This document shows positions 7,253-17,443 of a DNA stretch of 33,641 bases, one piece after another. Each line of letters starts with the position of its first letter. Position 1 is the stretch's first letter. The notes below the pieces were generated by a model. The model ran no database searches and had not been told where the DNA came from. It worked only from the letters and a program-made list of their open reading frames with translations. Source of the DNA: a virus; UHGV virus genome UHGV-0275541, one strand, 5' to 3'. Both the position numbers and the translations under genes were made by a program.

Positions 7253-8570
7253 AATCTACCCCCCAAAACCTCATGAGGGGCAAATAGCTGCATGGACGGC
7301 GGCAATAGAGGAACGCTTCCACGCGGTATGCTGTGGTCGTCGCTGGGGTAAAACGGTGATGCTGGTAAACATCGCTACCAGTTTCGCGACGCGGAAATTT
7401 GCCGTTCCTACCACCGGGCAGCTTATCGCGGGTAGGGTGGGGATTTTTACCGCACAATACCGCCAGTACCAGGAAATCTGGGATGAAATTAGCGCCGTTC
7501 TGCAACCGTTGATCCTCAGTCAGTCAAAAAATGAAAAGCGCATCATTCTCCGGAACGGTGGCCGCATCGACTTCTGGGTGACGGACAACAACAAACTGGC
7601 CGGACGTGGGCGTAAATATCACGCTGTGCTGATTGATGAGGCCGCATTCACTAAATCGCCGGAAATGCTCGAGGAAATCTGGCCCCGAGCGATACGCCCG
7701 ACGCTTGTCGATTACCGCGGCTGTGCGTGGGTATTTTCCACACCAAACGGTATCGACGAGAGCAATTTTTTCTACGCGATATGCCACGATGAATCCCTGG
7801 GATTTGTTATGCACCATGCGCCAACTTCATCGAATCCGTATATTCCGAAAGAAGAACTGGAGGAAACGGAGAAGAAATCCGATCCGCGCGTCTGGCAGCA
7901 GGAATATCTTGCAGAGTTCGTAGACTGGTCCAAAGACGCGTTACTCGATGTCGATAAGCTGCTGGTGGACGGTCAACCAATTGAGATGCCGCCGTACTGC
8001 GACATGATTTTCGCAGTGATGGATACGGCGCTGAAAGGCGGGACCGAAAATGACGGTACTGGCGTGGTGTATTTCGCTTATGAGTCAACGTATTCGGACG
8101 AGCCAAAACTGACGATTATTGACTGGGATGTGACGCAAATTAAAGCGTCGTTGCTTCCTGAATATATCCCCGGCGTTTATGACAACCTCGAGCGCCTCGC
8201 GAAATTATGCCGTCCGCGTCTGGGCAGCCAGGGAATTTTTATGGAAGACGCCGCGATGGGGGCAATCCTCAACCAGAAGGCGGAAACCGAAGGCTGGGAT
8301 ATGACGCCGATTAAATCGGCACTGACCAGCAAAGGTAAAGACGAACGGGCGGTGATGGCATCCAGCTACCACTATCAGGGGATGTGCAAAATCGTCCGGG
8401 AGGCTTACGACAAGACCGTTTCATTCAAACGTACCACCGCAAACCACCTCATTAAACAAATCGCCGGGTTCCACCTGGCAGACAAAGACGCGCATAAACG
8501 TGCTGATGACCTTTTCGATTGTTATACCTATGGATTGATTATCGCGCACGGTAATTACGCGGCGTTGTAA
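7242..8570 (+). CDS. terminase large subunit
   Basis: 442 aa; Walker A-like CCGRRWGKT, Walker B-like HAVLIDEAAF; size and position typical of TerL. Confidence 0.85.
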   Translation: MSIEIYPPKPHEGQIAAWTAAIEERFHAVCCGRRWGKTVMLVNIATSFATRKFAVPTTGQLIAGRVGIFTAQYRQYQEIWDEISAVLQPLILSQSKNEKRIILRNGGRIDFWVTDNNKLAGRGRKYHAVLIDEAAFTKSPEMLEEIWPRAIRPTLVDYRGCAWVFSTPNGIDESNFFYAICHDESLGFVMHHAPTSSNPYIPKEELEETEKKSDPRVWQQEYLAEFVDWSKDALLDVDKLLVDGQPIEMPPYCDMIFAVMDTALKGGTENDGTGVVYFAYESTYSDEPKLTIIDWDVTQIKASLLPEYIPGVYDNLERLAKLCRPRLGSQGIFMEDAAMGAILNQKAETEGWDMTPIKSALTSKGKDERAVMASSYHYQGMCKIVREAYDKTVSFKRTTANHLIKQIAGFHLADKDAHKRADDLFDCYTYGLIIAHGNYAAL

Positions 8571-8588
8571 AAAATCAGGATATTTTTG

Positions 8589-10025
8589 ATGGCAGAGATC
8601 GAGATTACTGGCGGCCTCGGTTCAGCACTGATGCATATTCTTGAGGCTGAAGAAATTCAGCCGGGAACCGACATTGGCTATGAATTGTGTAAGCAGCTGT
8701 GGCAATTCCATCCTCTGGGCGGAAAACTTGTCGAAAAACCCATACTGATGGCGATGTGTAAGCCGCGCCAGTATAACGTGGAGACAGACCCTGACGAGAG
8801 GGTTGTGAGGCGTTTTCAGGAGGTATGGGAACGCATGAAGGTCAACGAGAGGATTAAAAATCTGTTTTTTCTGTCTCGTTGCTACGGTGCTGCAGCGATC
8901 GGCGTGGGCACCGACAGTGTTTCATGTCGTGAACCGCTTCCGACGTTCGGACTGACAGAAGAGGATGTGTATATCAACGCGTGGGATCCGTTGAACGCTT
9001 CCGGTTCGATGGTGACTGACCAGAACCCAAACAGTCCGTTTTTCCAGGAAGCCAATAAAAAGCTGAAGATTGGCGGAAAAGACTGGCATCCGTCACGCAC
9101 ACTGAAAATCTTCAACGGCACACCGATTTATCTGGAGTTTCAGAGTTCATCGTTCGGATTCACCGGACGAAGTGTGTTTCAGCGCGTTCTTTATTCCCTG
9201 AAATCCTATATCAACACGATGGAGGCTAATGATCTCGTCAGCCAGAAGGCGGGCGTACTGGTAGCTAAAGTTGTGCAGTATGGTTCGAAACTTGACGGGA
9301 TCATGGCTGCCGCCACGGGACGAAAAAGGGAAAACGTCAAAGAGGCAAAAAATAAAGGTGTGCTTAGTATCGGGAAGGATGAGGACGTTACCTCGCTGAA
9401 TCTACAAAACATCGATGGTGCGCTAAACGCTGCACGCGACAATATTATTTCCGATATTGCGTCAGGGAGTGACGTTCCGGCGATCCTCATTAAAGAGGAA
9501 GCCTTTTCGAATGGTTTCGGTGAGGGGACCGAAGATTCGAAAGCCATCAGCCAGTATATCGATGGTGTACGCCAGCAGATTGAACCTGTGATGGATTATT
9601 TCGAGCGCCTGGTGCAGTACATCGCCTGGAACGAGGAATTTTATCAGTCGCTGAAAAATGATTACCCGGACATCATAACTGATGACTATAAAACCACGTT
9701 TTACCAGTGGCGACGTGAATTTACCGCGACATGGCAGGAGCTGGTGGAGGAGTCGCCGGACAAACGCCGGGAAAGCGACAGTAAAGTGATTCAACAGGCG
9801 ATAGCACTTTTCTCTGCCGTGTCGCCACAGGTTGATCCTGAAAACCGTGCCGCCGTCACTGAATGGCTGGCAAGCCTTGTTAATGCCACGCAAACCTATG
9901 GCGAAGCTCCACTCATCATTGATGTGGACGCGCTGGCGAATTATGAACCACCGAAGCAGGAGACGCCTGATGGCAATTTCCAGCCGGGCGGTGAGGAAGA
10001 AGAAACGGATCAGGACGCTATATGA
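8589..10025 (+). CDS. putative portal protein
   Basis: 478 aa directly after TerL; acidic C-terminus (GGEEEETDQDAI); assignment by size and gene order. Confidence 0.55.
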   Translation: MAEIEITGGLGSALMHILEAEEIQPGTDIGYELCKQLWQFHPLGGKLVEKPILMAMCKPRQYNVETDPDERVVRRFQEVWERMKVNERIKNLFFLSRCYGAAAIGVGTDSVSCREPLPTFGLTEEDVYINAWDPLNASGSMVTDQNPNSPFFQEANKKLKIGGKDWHPSRTLKIFNGTPIYLEFQSSSFGFTGRSVFQRVLYSLKSYINTMEANDLVSQKAGVLVAKVVQYGSKLDGIMAAATGRKRENVKEAKNKGVLSIGKDEDVTSLNLQNIDGALNAARDNIISDIASGSDVPAILIKEEAFSNGFGEGTEDSKAISQYIDGVRQQIEPVMDYFERLVQYIAWNEEFYQSLKNDYPDIITDDYKTTFYQWRREFTATWQELVEESPDKRRESDSKVIQQAIALFSAVSPQVDPENRAAVTEWLASLVNATQTYGEAPLIIDVDALANYEPPKQETPDGNFQPGGEEEETDQDAI

Positions 10026-10803
10026 GGTTCTGACGGATGCCGTTAACTACTACGTAAATCACGGGTGGGATAGCGAAAAATCATTGCTCGAATGGTGCCG
10101 GAAACTCCGTGTAGCCGCTCAGCGAGAAACCCCTGATGATACCGTAGCCAGAAAACACCTCACCGCTATCTACAGCCGTCTTGTCATCGACGGCGGGGCA
10201 TTACGGGATCAGCCTCCTGACGGCCCTAAAAAAATCACTGTTGAAAAACTGAAACCTGAGTTTCGCAAGGAACTCGACAGGCGAATTTTCGCCAGTGCCA
10301 ACCTGATAAAACTCAACCGCGAACAGGCTATCGAGAAAACCATACAGCGTTTTCAGGGATGGGTTACGTCCATTCCGCCTGACGGGGTGAGCGAAATTGA
10401 TCGCCGGGAAGTGAAGTCCGGTTTTCAGAAGTCCGTGAAGGATATGGATTTTATCAGTCGCCGGGTGGCAATTGACCAGGGACATAAGCTGGCGAGCAAC
10501 GTTAAGTATCTGCTGGCTGTTCAGAGTGGTGCGATTGCTCTGCGCTGGCATTCTAACTGGCGGCGTCCGGGCTACAAATACCGACAGGACCACAAAGAGC
10601 GCGACGAGAAAATTTATCTCCTCCGCGATTCGTGGGCGCTGGAGCAGGGGCTGATTAAGCCCGTATATGGTTTTTATGACGAAATCACTGCTGCCGGGGA
10701 GGAGGTTTATTGCAGTTGCGATGCACTGCCGATCTACGCCCCTCAGAAACTACCCGACGAATTTTTAACGGAGAAGGGCAAACGTGAGTTTAACCGAGCT
10801 TGA
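9970..10803 (+). CDS. putative head morphogenesis/minor head protein; start uncertain
   Basis: Open frame overlapping portal 3' end; first in-frame ATG at 9970, no ATG after the portal stop until far downstream, so a non-ATG start is possible; position between portal and scaffold. Confidence 0.4.
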   Translation: MAISSRAVRKKKRIRTLYEVLTDAVNYYVNHGWDSEKSLLEWCRKLRVAAQRETPDDTVARKHLTAIYSRLVIDGGALRDQPPDGPKKITVEKLKPEFRKELDRRIFASANLIKLNREQAIEKTIQRFQGWVTSIPPDGVSEIDRREVKSGFQKSVKDMDFISRRVAIDQGHKLASNVKYLLAVQSGAIALRWHSNWRRPGYKYRQDHKERDEKIYLLRDSWALEQGLIKPVYGFYDEITAAGEEVYCSCDALPIYAPQKLPDEFLTEKGKREFNRA

Positions 10804-12106
10804 AGTGGCAGAACGCATCAGGGACGGAACCGTACCGTCTCCGGTGAAATTCTCCAACATGTGGCTGGTGAATTTGCGAATAACCGGAACCGGGCTTGCC
10901 TATCGCGCCGGGCTGAAAGAGCACGTCTGGCGTGATCCAAAGCTCTATCTGAACGAGGAGTTTTTAAGGCGATGCAATGGCCTTCCGGTTATCGCAAACC
11001 ATCCTGACGACGCAGTTCTGACGGAGGAGGACTTTAAATCGCGGATCGTCGGTAGCGTCATGCTGCCGTATATCCGGGGTGATGAGGTATGGGCGGTGTG
11101 CCGCGTTTACCTCCAGAGCATTGTTGAAGAAATCACTGAGGGGGATGTTTCGACAAGCCCGTCGGTGGTGTTCAACAGCACATCAGGAAATGTGGAAGTA
11201 CAGGAAGGTGACACCAATTTTTTAATCGAAGGCGTTCCTTTCCTTGTTGATCACATCGCCCTGGTGACGAAAGCCCACGGCTCGCTGGGCGTGTGGGATA
11301 AAGACCGGATCCCCGCAGGGGTTGAAGTGACAAATACAGGTGAAATTGAGATGGAAAAAGAAGAACTCCAGGCCCTGTTACAGGGGGTGGTGAACGATGC
11401 CCTGAGCGGCATTAATCAGAAAATCGATGGAGTAGTCACGCGCATGGACTCACTGGAACAGCGGGACAAAGCGCGGGCGGATGCCGAAGAGCAGGCGAAA
11501 AAAGAGGCCGAAGAAAAGGCCAAAGCCGATGAAGCCGCAGAGGAACAGCGTAAAGCTGATGAAGCTGCGGCAAAGGAGGCGGAAGAAAAAGCCAAAGCTG
11601 ACGAGGCAGCAGCCAAAGATGCTGAGGAGAAAGCAAAGGCTGATTCCGAAGCAGAAGAACAGCGTAAGGCTGACGAGGAGGCAGAAAAAGAACGCAATGA
11701 CTCAGCCCTAGCAGAAGCACAGGCAAAAGCCGACTCCGCATTCAGTGCCTGCGGTAAAAACGCGCCAGCACCGTTTTCTGGTGAAAATGCGCTGGACTAC
11801 CGCAAGCGTGCGCTAATCGCTATGCAGAAACACTCTCCGGCACATAAGGACGTCAATATTCGCGCGATTGCGGATTCTGCAACGCTGGCTGTGCTTGAGG
11901 ACGCAATTTTCAGTGCCGCCCGTCAGTCCATCGAAAAAGAAATGATGAGTACGCAGGGGCAACTGCATAAACGTATCCGCAACGATGAAGCCGGACGTCG
12001 CATTACTGAATATCAGGGCGATCCGAACGTCTGGCTGAGTGCTTTCAAAATTCCGGGGCGTCGGCTGGCAAAAATTAACACTCAAGGGAGCCTGAACAAT
12101 GGCTGA
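10784..12106 (+). CDS. putative capsid scaffolding-like protein with central A/E/K-rich coiled-coil repeats
   Basis: 440 aa from GTG 10784 (GGAGAAGGG RBS); N-domain with NHPDD and VDHIALV motifs; central repeats AEEKAKADEAA...; position upstream of major capsid gene. Confidence 0.5.
   Translation: MSLTELEVAERIRDGTVPSPVKFSNMWLVNLRITGTGLAYRAGLKEHVWRDPKLYLNEEFLRRCNGLPVIANHPDDAVLTEEDFKSRIVGSVMLPYIRGDEVWAVCRVYLQSIVEEITEGDVSTSPSVVFNSTSGNVEVQEGDTNFLIEGVPFLVDHIALVTKAHGSLGVWDKDRIPAGVEVTNTGEIEMEKEELQALLQGVVNDALSGINQKIDGVVTRMDSLEQRDKARADAEEQAKKEAEEKAKADEAAEEQRKADEAAAKEAEEKAKADEAAAKDAEEKAKADSEAEEQRKADEEAEKERNDSALAEAQAKADSAFSACGKNAPAPFSGENALDYRKRALIAMQKHSPAHKDVNIRAIADSATLAVLEDAIFSAARQSIEKEMMSTQGQLHKRIRNDEAGRRITEYQGDPNVWLSAFKIPGRRLAKINTQGSLNNG
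11478..11695 (+). repeat. imperfect in-frame tandem repeat (about 33-36 bp units) encoding the coiled-coil segment of the scaffold-like protein
   Basis: Repeated gaagaaaaagccaaagctgacgaggcagc-type units; protein repeats AKKEAEEKAKADEAA / AKEAEEKAKADEAA / AKDAEEKAKADSEA. Confidence 0.7.
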
Positions 12107-12716
12107 TATTAACTTTCATCCGTTTAAAAACCGTGGAGCATTTGGTGGCCTTTTTAACGTCGAATCCCGTGGGCTGATGCAGGGGGATGCGCAGGATGAT
12201 CCGGCAATTCGTCTGCAACTTTGCTCCGGTCGGCTGGACAGCAAAATCACTGAACCGGTATGGGGTGGCGTTGGAGTTATGGAGTGCATTGCTCCCGCGA
12301 AAGACAGCGTTAACGGTGCGGTAATTAAACAAGCCACGAATGACGCCTGTAACGCCTTTACTGTCTTTAATCAGGCATTTCATGGCATTACCACGCCGGA
12401 TAATCCGGTGCCGTTATATCTCGCGGGTGGCTTTGTTCACTATTACCGCGTTGGCTCAGGTGCCCGCATTCCTCTCCCTGTCAGTGCAGAAGTTGTTGCG
12501 CTGGCTGATGGAAATAACACCGTTGCTGCCAGTGGTTTTGTGTGGGATCTGACGAAAAACATGGTTGATGTTTATTCGGGATCACCCGGCGCTAATCCGA
12601 AAGTGGATATTAAGCTGCTGATGGTTTCAGTTGACGGAAACCTGACGGTGAAAAAAGAGGATGGCGGTAACGTTGTCTGGGAAATCGGCAAACCGTGCGG
12701 CCTGTTTTTAATTTAA
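12099..12716 (+). CDS. hypothetical head protein (possible decoration/accessory capsid protein)
   Basis: 205 aa; AAGGGAG RBS; lies between scaffold-like and major capsid genes. Confidence 0.6.
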   Translation: MADINFHPFKNRGAFGGLFNVESRGLMQGDAQDDPAIRLQLCSGRLDSKITEPVWGGVGVMECIAPAKDSVNGAVIKQATNDACNAFTVFNQAFHGITTPDNPVPLYLAGGFVHYYRVGSGARIPLPVSAEVVALADGNNTVAASGFVWDLTKNMVDVYSGSPGANPKVDIKLLMVSVDGNLTVKKEDGGNVVWEIGKPCGLFLI

Positions 12717-12730
12717 GGGGATATTAATTA

Positions 12731-13759
12731 ATGAGCGCATTTACTCCTGCGACTACTATTGTGTCGCCGTCAATGGTGCTGCCGGAAATGATCGTGCAAC
12801 AGAGCATGGCTTCCGGGGCGTTTGAAGTCCTGGCTGGTGGTGCTCCAGCGGTAAAAATCAGTTCCAGTGATTTGATGGTCTATCAGAAATATCTGCGCAT
12901 GACCTCGCAGGCGCAGGTCAGCCAGTCTCTGCCGGGTCAGTTACCGTCTTCCAGTATCTCTGGCGGCTATGACGGAATGATGACTTACCGAATTTCTTCC
13001 CGCTCGCAATACAGCTATCTCGATACTGATGCAGCAGATCGCTGGGGTTATTCTCTGATTGAAGGCCTGCGCCTGGCTAACCGTCAGGGACACGCTCAAA
13101 TGTTGCGTAATATGCTGCTGTATGGCGTGAATGCAGCTAATAACGAGGGGATCACCAACTCCCCGAACGCAGTGACGCTGAATCTGGGCAACGACAGCAA
13201 AGGGAATGATTCATATACCACCTGGGATTCCGGTGAGATGGCTAAATTTATGCTTGGCCTGATTGCTGACCAGAAAACCCGCATGTTGCTGCTGGGGCAG
13301 CCATTAACGACTGTTATTCTGAGCCCACAGCGATTCATGAAGGCGCTGGAGTGGACAGGAATTGTTGAGCTGACCAGTTACCAGCGTCCTGGTGGTGGTA
13401 CCGGAACGGTGGGAACGATGGTTAAAGACGTCGCCGATAAGGCGACAGGCGACGACATCATTTTCTGCCAGGACGACACGCTGATCGGTAAAGGCGCTGG
13501 TGGTAATGACCTGATCATCGTTACGAACCCGACGATTGAGGTTCCGGAAGCGCGTCACACCATTAACACCAATATTTTCTCCACGCTGGTACCTAACCAG
13601 CAGGCCGTCAACGTGATGTTCTGTGATATGGCAGCGCCGACGGAAATTCCGTCCCCTATGCCGGATGGCGGCCTGACCACGTTGTATACCATGCGCGCGA
13701 CGCCGGGCTGGAACTTCCGCCCTGAGGGGATCACCCTGTTGTCTGCCAAATACGCATAA
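12731..13759 (+). CDS. putative major capsid protein
   Basis: 342 aa; AAGGGGA RBS; followed immediately by a strong terminator, a typical arrangement for the highly expressed capsid gene; assignment by position and size. Confidence 0.55.
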   Translation: MSAFTPATTIVSPSMVLPEMIVQQSMASGAFEVLAGGAPAVKISSSDLMVYQKYLRMTSQAQVSQSLPGQLPSSSISGGYDGMMTYRISSRSQYSYLDTDAADRWGYSLIEGLRLANRQGHAQMLRNMLLYGVNAANNEGITNSPNAVTLNLGNDSKGNDSYTTWDSGEMAKFMLGLIADQKTRMLLLGQPLTTVILSPQRFMKALEWTGIVELTSYQRPGGGTGTVGTMVKDVADKATGDDIIFCQDDTLIGKGAGGNDLIIVTNPTIEVPEARHTINTNIFSTLVPNQQAVNVMFCDMAAPTEIPSPMPDGGLTTLYTMRATPGWNFRPEGITLLSAKYA

Positions 13760-13778
13760 ACGTTCAATCTGATAATGC

Positions 13779-13803
13779 GGGGAGCTAAATGCTCCCCTTT
13801 TTT
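13779..13803 (+). terminator. intrinsic terminator after capsid gene
   Basis: GGGGAGC(13779-13785)/GCTCCCC(13791-13797), loop TAAAT, T6. Confidence 0.8.
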
Positions 13804-13816
13804 GTGGGAAAAATTT

Positions 13817-14287
13817 ATGAAGCTCTACATCGCTAACTGCTCACGTCAGCCGCACACGTTCAACTACAAACTCCCCGAAAAAACGCAGTCGTTCGGTGTG
13901 ACAATTCCGTCCGGACGTCAGCATATGATCGAAAATCAGTCCGATATTATCGACCACATCATCCGACAGCATGAGCCTTACGGATTCCAGCGTTGTGACA
14001 AGGTGGACAAGAATTTTTCCGGTATCTGCTATTCCATCGATAAACCTGTGAGCGTCGGTCGCATTGAGGATTGCGCGGAGCAGAAAACGGAAAATCTGGA
14101 ATCCCTGTCAGAAGAAATTCTTGCAGCCAGCGCCGTATCGCTGAATAACGCAGTGGATCAGGCAGTGATTCAAAGTGGCGAAAAACCTCAACCGGGTGGT
14201 ATTGAAATGGAAATCACCGGGGAAGCGATTAACACTGAACAGGAAAATCCGCCCAGCACAAAGCGAAATATTAAGGTTAAAAAATAA
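13817..14287 (+). CDS. phage structural-region hypothetical protein
   Basis: 156 aa from ATG 13817; the longer ORF from 13775 starts inside the terminator; stop overlaps next start (TAATG). Confidence 0.5.
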   Translation: MKLYIANCSRQPHTFNYKLPEKTQSFGVTIPSGRQHMIENQSDIIDHIIRQHEPYGFQRCDKVDKNFSGICYSIDKPVSVGRIEDCAEQKTENLESLSEEILAASAVSLNNAVDQAVIQSGEKPQPGGIEMEITGEAINTEQENPPSTKRNIKVKK

Positions 14288-14727
14288 TGACCTTGCGTCC
14301 GTCACTGGAGGGATTTATTCGCTTTGTTCGTGACGACATGAAAGTACCGGTTCACGCTATTGCTGACGATGATCCGACGCTGGAATGTTGCTTTCAGTCT
14401 GCGATGGAGCTAATCCCTCACGATCAGGGGCTGGAGCGTTTACCCATCATCTATGTGCGAACGGTTTATAACGCTGCCGCCTCATTTCTCCTGAATTTCG
14501 CTCCCGGCTCGTGGTTTGCCGACCTGAGAAAAAAACTCAACCTTGGGAAACTGGCTACCGGGCTTGTCAGCGCGGCAGCGGACCAGGGGACATCTGGTTC
14601 GATCACCATCAGCGACGCGCTGAGTAATCTGTCTTTGCTGGATTTGCAGATGTTACAGGATCCGTATGGACGACAGGTTGTTGCGGTGCTGATGCAGATG
14701 GGCACGGTATGGGGTTACACGCCATGA
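14287..14727 (+). CDS. phage hypothetical protein (head-tail joining region)
   Basis: 146 aa; translationally coupled on both sides (TAATG upstream, ATGA downstream). Confidence 0.55.
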   Translation: MTLRPSLEGFIRFVRDDMKVPVHAIADDDPTLECCFQSAMELIPHDQGLERLPIIYVRTVYNAAASFLLNFAPGSWFADLRKKLNLGKLATGLVSAAADQGTSGSITISDALSNLSLLDLQMLQDPYGRQVVAVLMQMGTVWGYTP

Positions 14728-15164
14728 AACTTTGTTTTGGGGTTATCGACCAGCCGTATGACTACGGCGACGAACCGGGAAAAACCACGTTTGACGTGGC
14801 CTGTGACCTCGAGGAGCGATACGAAATTTTTACGCACTTCTGGGAAATGCATAAGGACGAGATTATCCAGGAGGCAGGTACTGAACTGGCGTACCAGTTG
14901 GTCAATCACTTCAAGTATAAGGCTCCACTACCTGGCGAGCATTTTCTGGAAGGGACCGGGAAGATTTTCCATATTTTTCTTGAAACTGAAGAAATGGCCG
15001 GGATGACGATTAACGGAAACCCTGTGCCAACTCAGGCCGCGCTACTGGGCGTTAACTCCAGGCTTAAGGACAAATATACCGGAGAGCGGCGTCCGTCATT
15101 CATAGACGGCGGCCTGTTTAAGGGCAGCTTTATAGCGTGGATAGATAATAATGCCGAGTCTTGA
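14724..15164 (+). CDS. phage hypothetical protein (head-tail joining region)
   Basis: 146 aa from ATG 14724 overlapping the previous stop; overlaps the next start. Confidence 0.55.
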   Translation: MKLCFGVIDQPYDYGDEPGKTTFDVACDLEERYEIFTHFWEMHKDEIIQEAGTELAYQLVNHFKYKAPLPGEHFLEGTGKIFHIFLETEEMAGMTINGNPVPTQAALLGVNSRLKDKYTGERRPSFIDGGLFKGSFIAWIDNNAES

Positions 15165-16095
15165 GGAATTAGCCGAACAGCACAGTTCGCAGCTCTCGTC
15201 CGTTCTTAAATCCGCAGTTGAAACCATCTCGTCAGACCAGGAAATCACGTTCAGGCTCTATGTCCGGCAGGTTCTGCCGCTGGATGGCTTTGTCTATTGG
15301 GTTGATGCGGAAATCATCAGTTGCGATGAACTGTGTCGCCTGAATATTGAGTCACCAACTCGTCTGAAAATCAAAGGCAGCCTGCATCGTCAGGTTATTG
15401 CGATTCAGGACGAGTCTGTCTCGAAGGATGTGAACAACATTATTTTCACGCCTGTTCAGCAGGTTGATGATTTTAATGTGGAAAATCCCGATGCGATCTA
15501 TCTCGGTGAGTACGGAGGCGTCCAGTTCGCTTTTTCACGAATGGAGAGCCGTTATCAGCAGTCGGGTATTTTTCATTATCGCGGCATGGCGATTTTGCCA
15601 ACCATGCGTTCCCAGATTATCGACTGCGAGGAGGATATCAGCGACGAGCAGATCATCTCCAACAGCATCCCGATCTGGCTGCAAATGAAAGATGCCGCGA
15701 CCGTGTATCCGTCTTACCTGGTACCGCAGAACCTTCGCCCACCGTATATCGCGGTGGATGTTCGCAACAGTATTCCATTGCAGGTGGCTCCCGTTGTTTT
15801 CGGCGGTGAGCGGTTTCAGCTCGTCCAGGATTCGGTTCGCCTGACGCTTTACGGATTCAGCAACAAAATGGCGCTGGATCTTGTCGACTCGGTGGTGAAC
15901 AGGGCGCTGGAGGAGGAAAAGTTTGGTGTAACCAATATTCCGGTGGTTCAGGACGCAAAGTCGGGACAGGTTGAAATCAACGCTCTGGCGAAGAAAAAGA
16001 TTGTCGATTTTGACGTGAATTACTACCAGAGCACCGCCCGGAAAATATCCCGGCAGTTGATTGAAAAAGTTATTTGTAAATATGAGGTTAAATAA
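15151..16095 (+). CDS. phage hypothetical protein (head-tail joining/tail completion region)
   Basis: 314 aa; ATG 15151; stop TAA overlaps next ATG at 16095. Confidence 0.55.
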   Translation: MPSLEELAEQHSSQLSSVLKSAVETISSDQEITFRLYVRQVLPLDGFVYWVDAEIISCDELCRLNIESPTRLKIKGSLHRQVIAIQDESVSKDVNNIIFTPVQQVDDFNVENPDAIYLGEYGGVQFAFSRMESRYQQSGIFHYRGMAILPTMRSQIIDCEEDISDEQIISNSIPIWLQMKDAATVYPSYLVPQNLRPPYIAVDVRNSIPLQVAPVVFGGERFQLVQDSVRLTLYGFSNKMALDLVDSVVNRALEEEKFGVTNIPVVQDAKSGQVEINALAKKKIVDFDVNYYQSTARKISRQLIEKVICKYEVK

Positions 16096-17432
16096 TGGGG
16101 TTTAATATCGTCACGGTGAATGTGTCCCAGACCATCGGGGCCATTCCCTCGAATTTGCAGCAGATGTCTGCGGTTCTCTCGTTTGGCTCCACGACTCATG
16201 AGCCGGGAAAGCCTGTATTACTCACCCGTAATCAGGATATTAACGATCTGGTAAGAAATCCGATTGCTGCGTTGTCGGCGGCTGCCGCAGGAAAATCTGC
16301 GGCAAACGTCACCGTTACGATGACGCTTCCGGAAGGGAGCAACATCCGACGCGAAAACAGTTCTGAGGTGAAAATTGTTGTTTCCGGGTGTTCGCCCGAC
16401 GCGTGGAATGGCGAATATACTGCTACCGTCACGGATGAAAAAACACTGACCTGGACGATTGCTGATTCTCAGCTTTCCGGTTCGCCAGTGACACTGGGGC
16501 AGTTTTCCATTGTTGGCAGTGAAAATCTGGTGACGGCAGTAAACACGTTTTTTGCCCAGGGAAATTCAGTGGGGATTTACCTGCTGGAGCTGGGAGTACA
16601 GAAAGGCGGAGTCAGTAAGGAAATCGCTGCACTGAAAGCTTATATGGAAGATCCGCTCCTGCGTTTTTATGCGTATCTGGTGCCGCAGCCGTGGGATGGT
16701 GACGCAGAGTTTATCAGTCTGGCAAAACTCCACACCGCAAACGAAGCGATGCAGTATTTTTTCGTGCTGACGAAAACGCCGGACGACACGAATTACGTTT
16801 CGCCTTATGCCGGTATTAAGTCGGTTATTGCAACGGCGGATGATACGTACCCGGCGACAAACGCGGCAGCAGCCGTAATGTGGAACTATGTTTCCGCATC
16901 ACCTTCAGAAATCAACAAGGTGCCGCCGATGGCATTTCGCTATCTACAGGCGGTAAACGCCCACAAGGGCAAAAATTCAATTCTGGTCACGATGACAAAG
17001 CAGAATATTAACTACGTCGACACGGGGGCTGAGGGGGGAATTTCCAACACGATTCTGGTGAAAGGCGTTACCAGTGACGGTAACGATATGACGTACTGGT
17101 ATTCCGTGGACTGGGTGCAGATTAACGTCGATATGCAGCTCGCCAACACGGTGATCAACGGTAGCAATAACCCAATTAACCCGCTTTACTACAACCAGGA
17201 CGGGATCGACCGTCTACAGCAGGTCGCACAGGCGGTGTTCAATACGGGCGTATCTTACGGCCTGGTCAACGGTCAGCCTGTCGTCGATGCAGTGCCTTTC
17301 CGCCAGTATATCAACACTAATCCGAATGATTACGGTATCGGGCGTTATGCGGGCCTTTCGGCCTCCTATACGCCGATGCGCGGATTTGTCGAAATCATTT
17401 TTAACATCAATGTGACAATGCAGCTTTCGTGA
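16095..17432 (+). CDS. putative tail sheath protein
   Basis: 445 aa, first large gene of the tail module, followed by a ~147-aa tube-sized gene, chaperone and tape measure; assignment by size and order only. Confidence 0.45.
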   Translation: MGFNIVTVNVSQTIGAIPSNLQQMSAVLSFGSTTHEPGKPVLLTRNQDINDLVRNPIAALSAAAAGKSAANVTVTMTLPEGSNIRRENSSEVKIVVSGCSPDAWNGEYTATVTDEKTLTWTIADSQLSGSPVTLGQFSIVGSENLVTAVNTFFAQGNSVGIYLLELGVQKGGVSKEIAALKAYMEDPLLRFYAYLVPQPWDGDAEFISLAKLHTANEAMQYFFVLTKTPDDTNYVSPYAGIKSVIATADDTYPATNAAAAVMWNYVSASPSEINKVPPMAFRYLQAVNAHKGKNSILVTMTKQNINYVDTGAEGGISNTILVKGVTSDGNDMTYWYSVDWVQINVDMQLANTVINGSNNPINPLYYNQDGIDRLQQVAQAVFNTGVSYGLVNGQPVVDAVPFRQYINTNPNDYGIGRYAGLSASYTPMRGFVEIIFNINVTMQLS

Positions 17433-17443
17433 GGGACTGAACC

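Noticed and set aside
8882-9893. Minus-strand ORFs (79, 113 and 143 aa) inside the portal gene
   Set aside because: Embedded antisense in a long, well-supported + strand gene; no start or RBS context.
11416-11741. Minus-strand and alternate-frame ORFs (93, 101 and 76 aa) over the scaffold repeat region
   Set aside because: Artefacts of the purine-rich tandem repeat (poly-Ser/Ala or poly-Lys/Arg translations); the + frame of the 440-aa gene is the coherent one.
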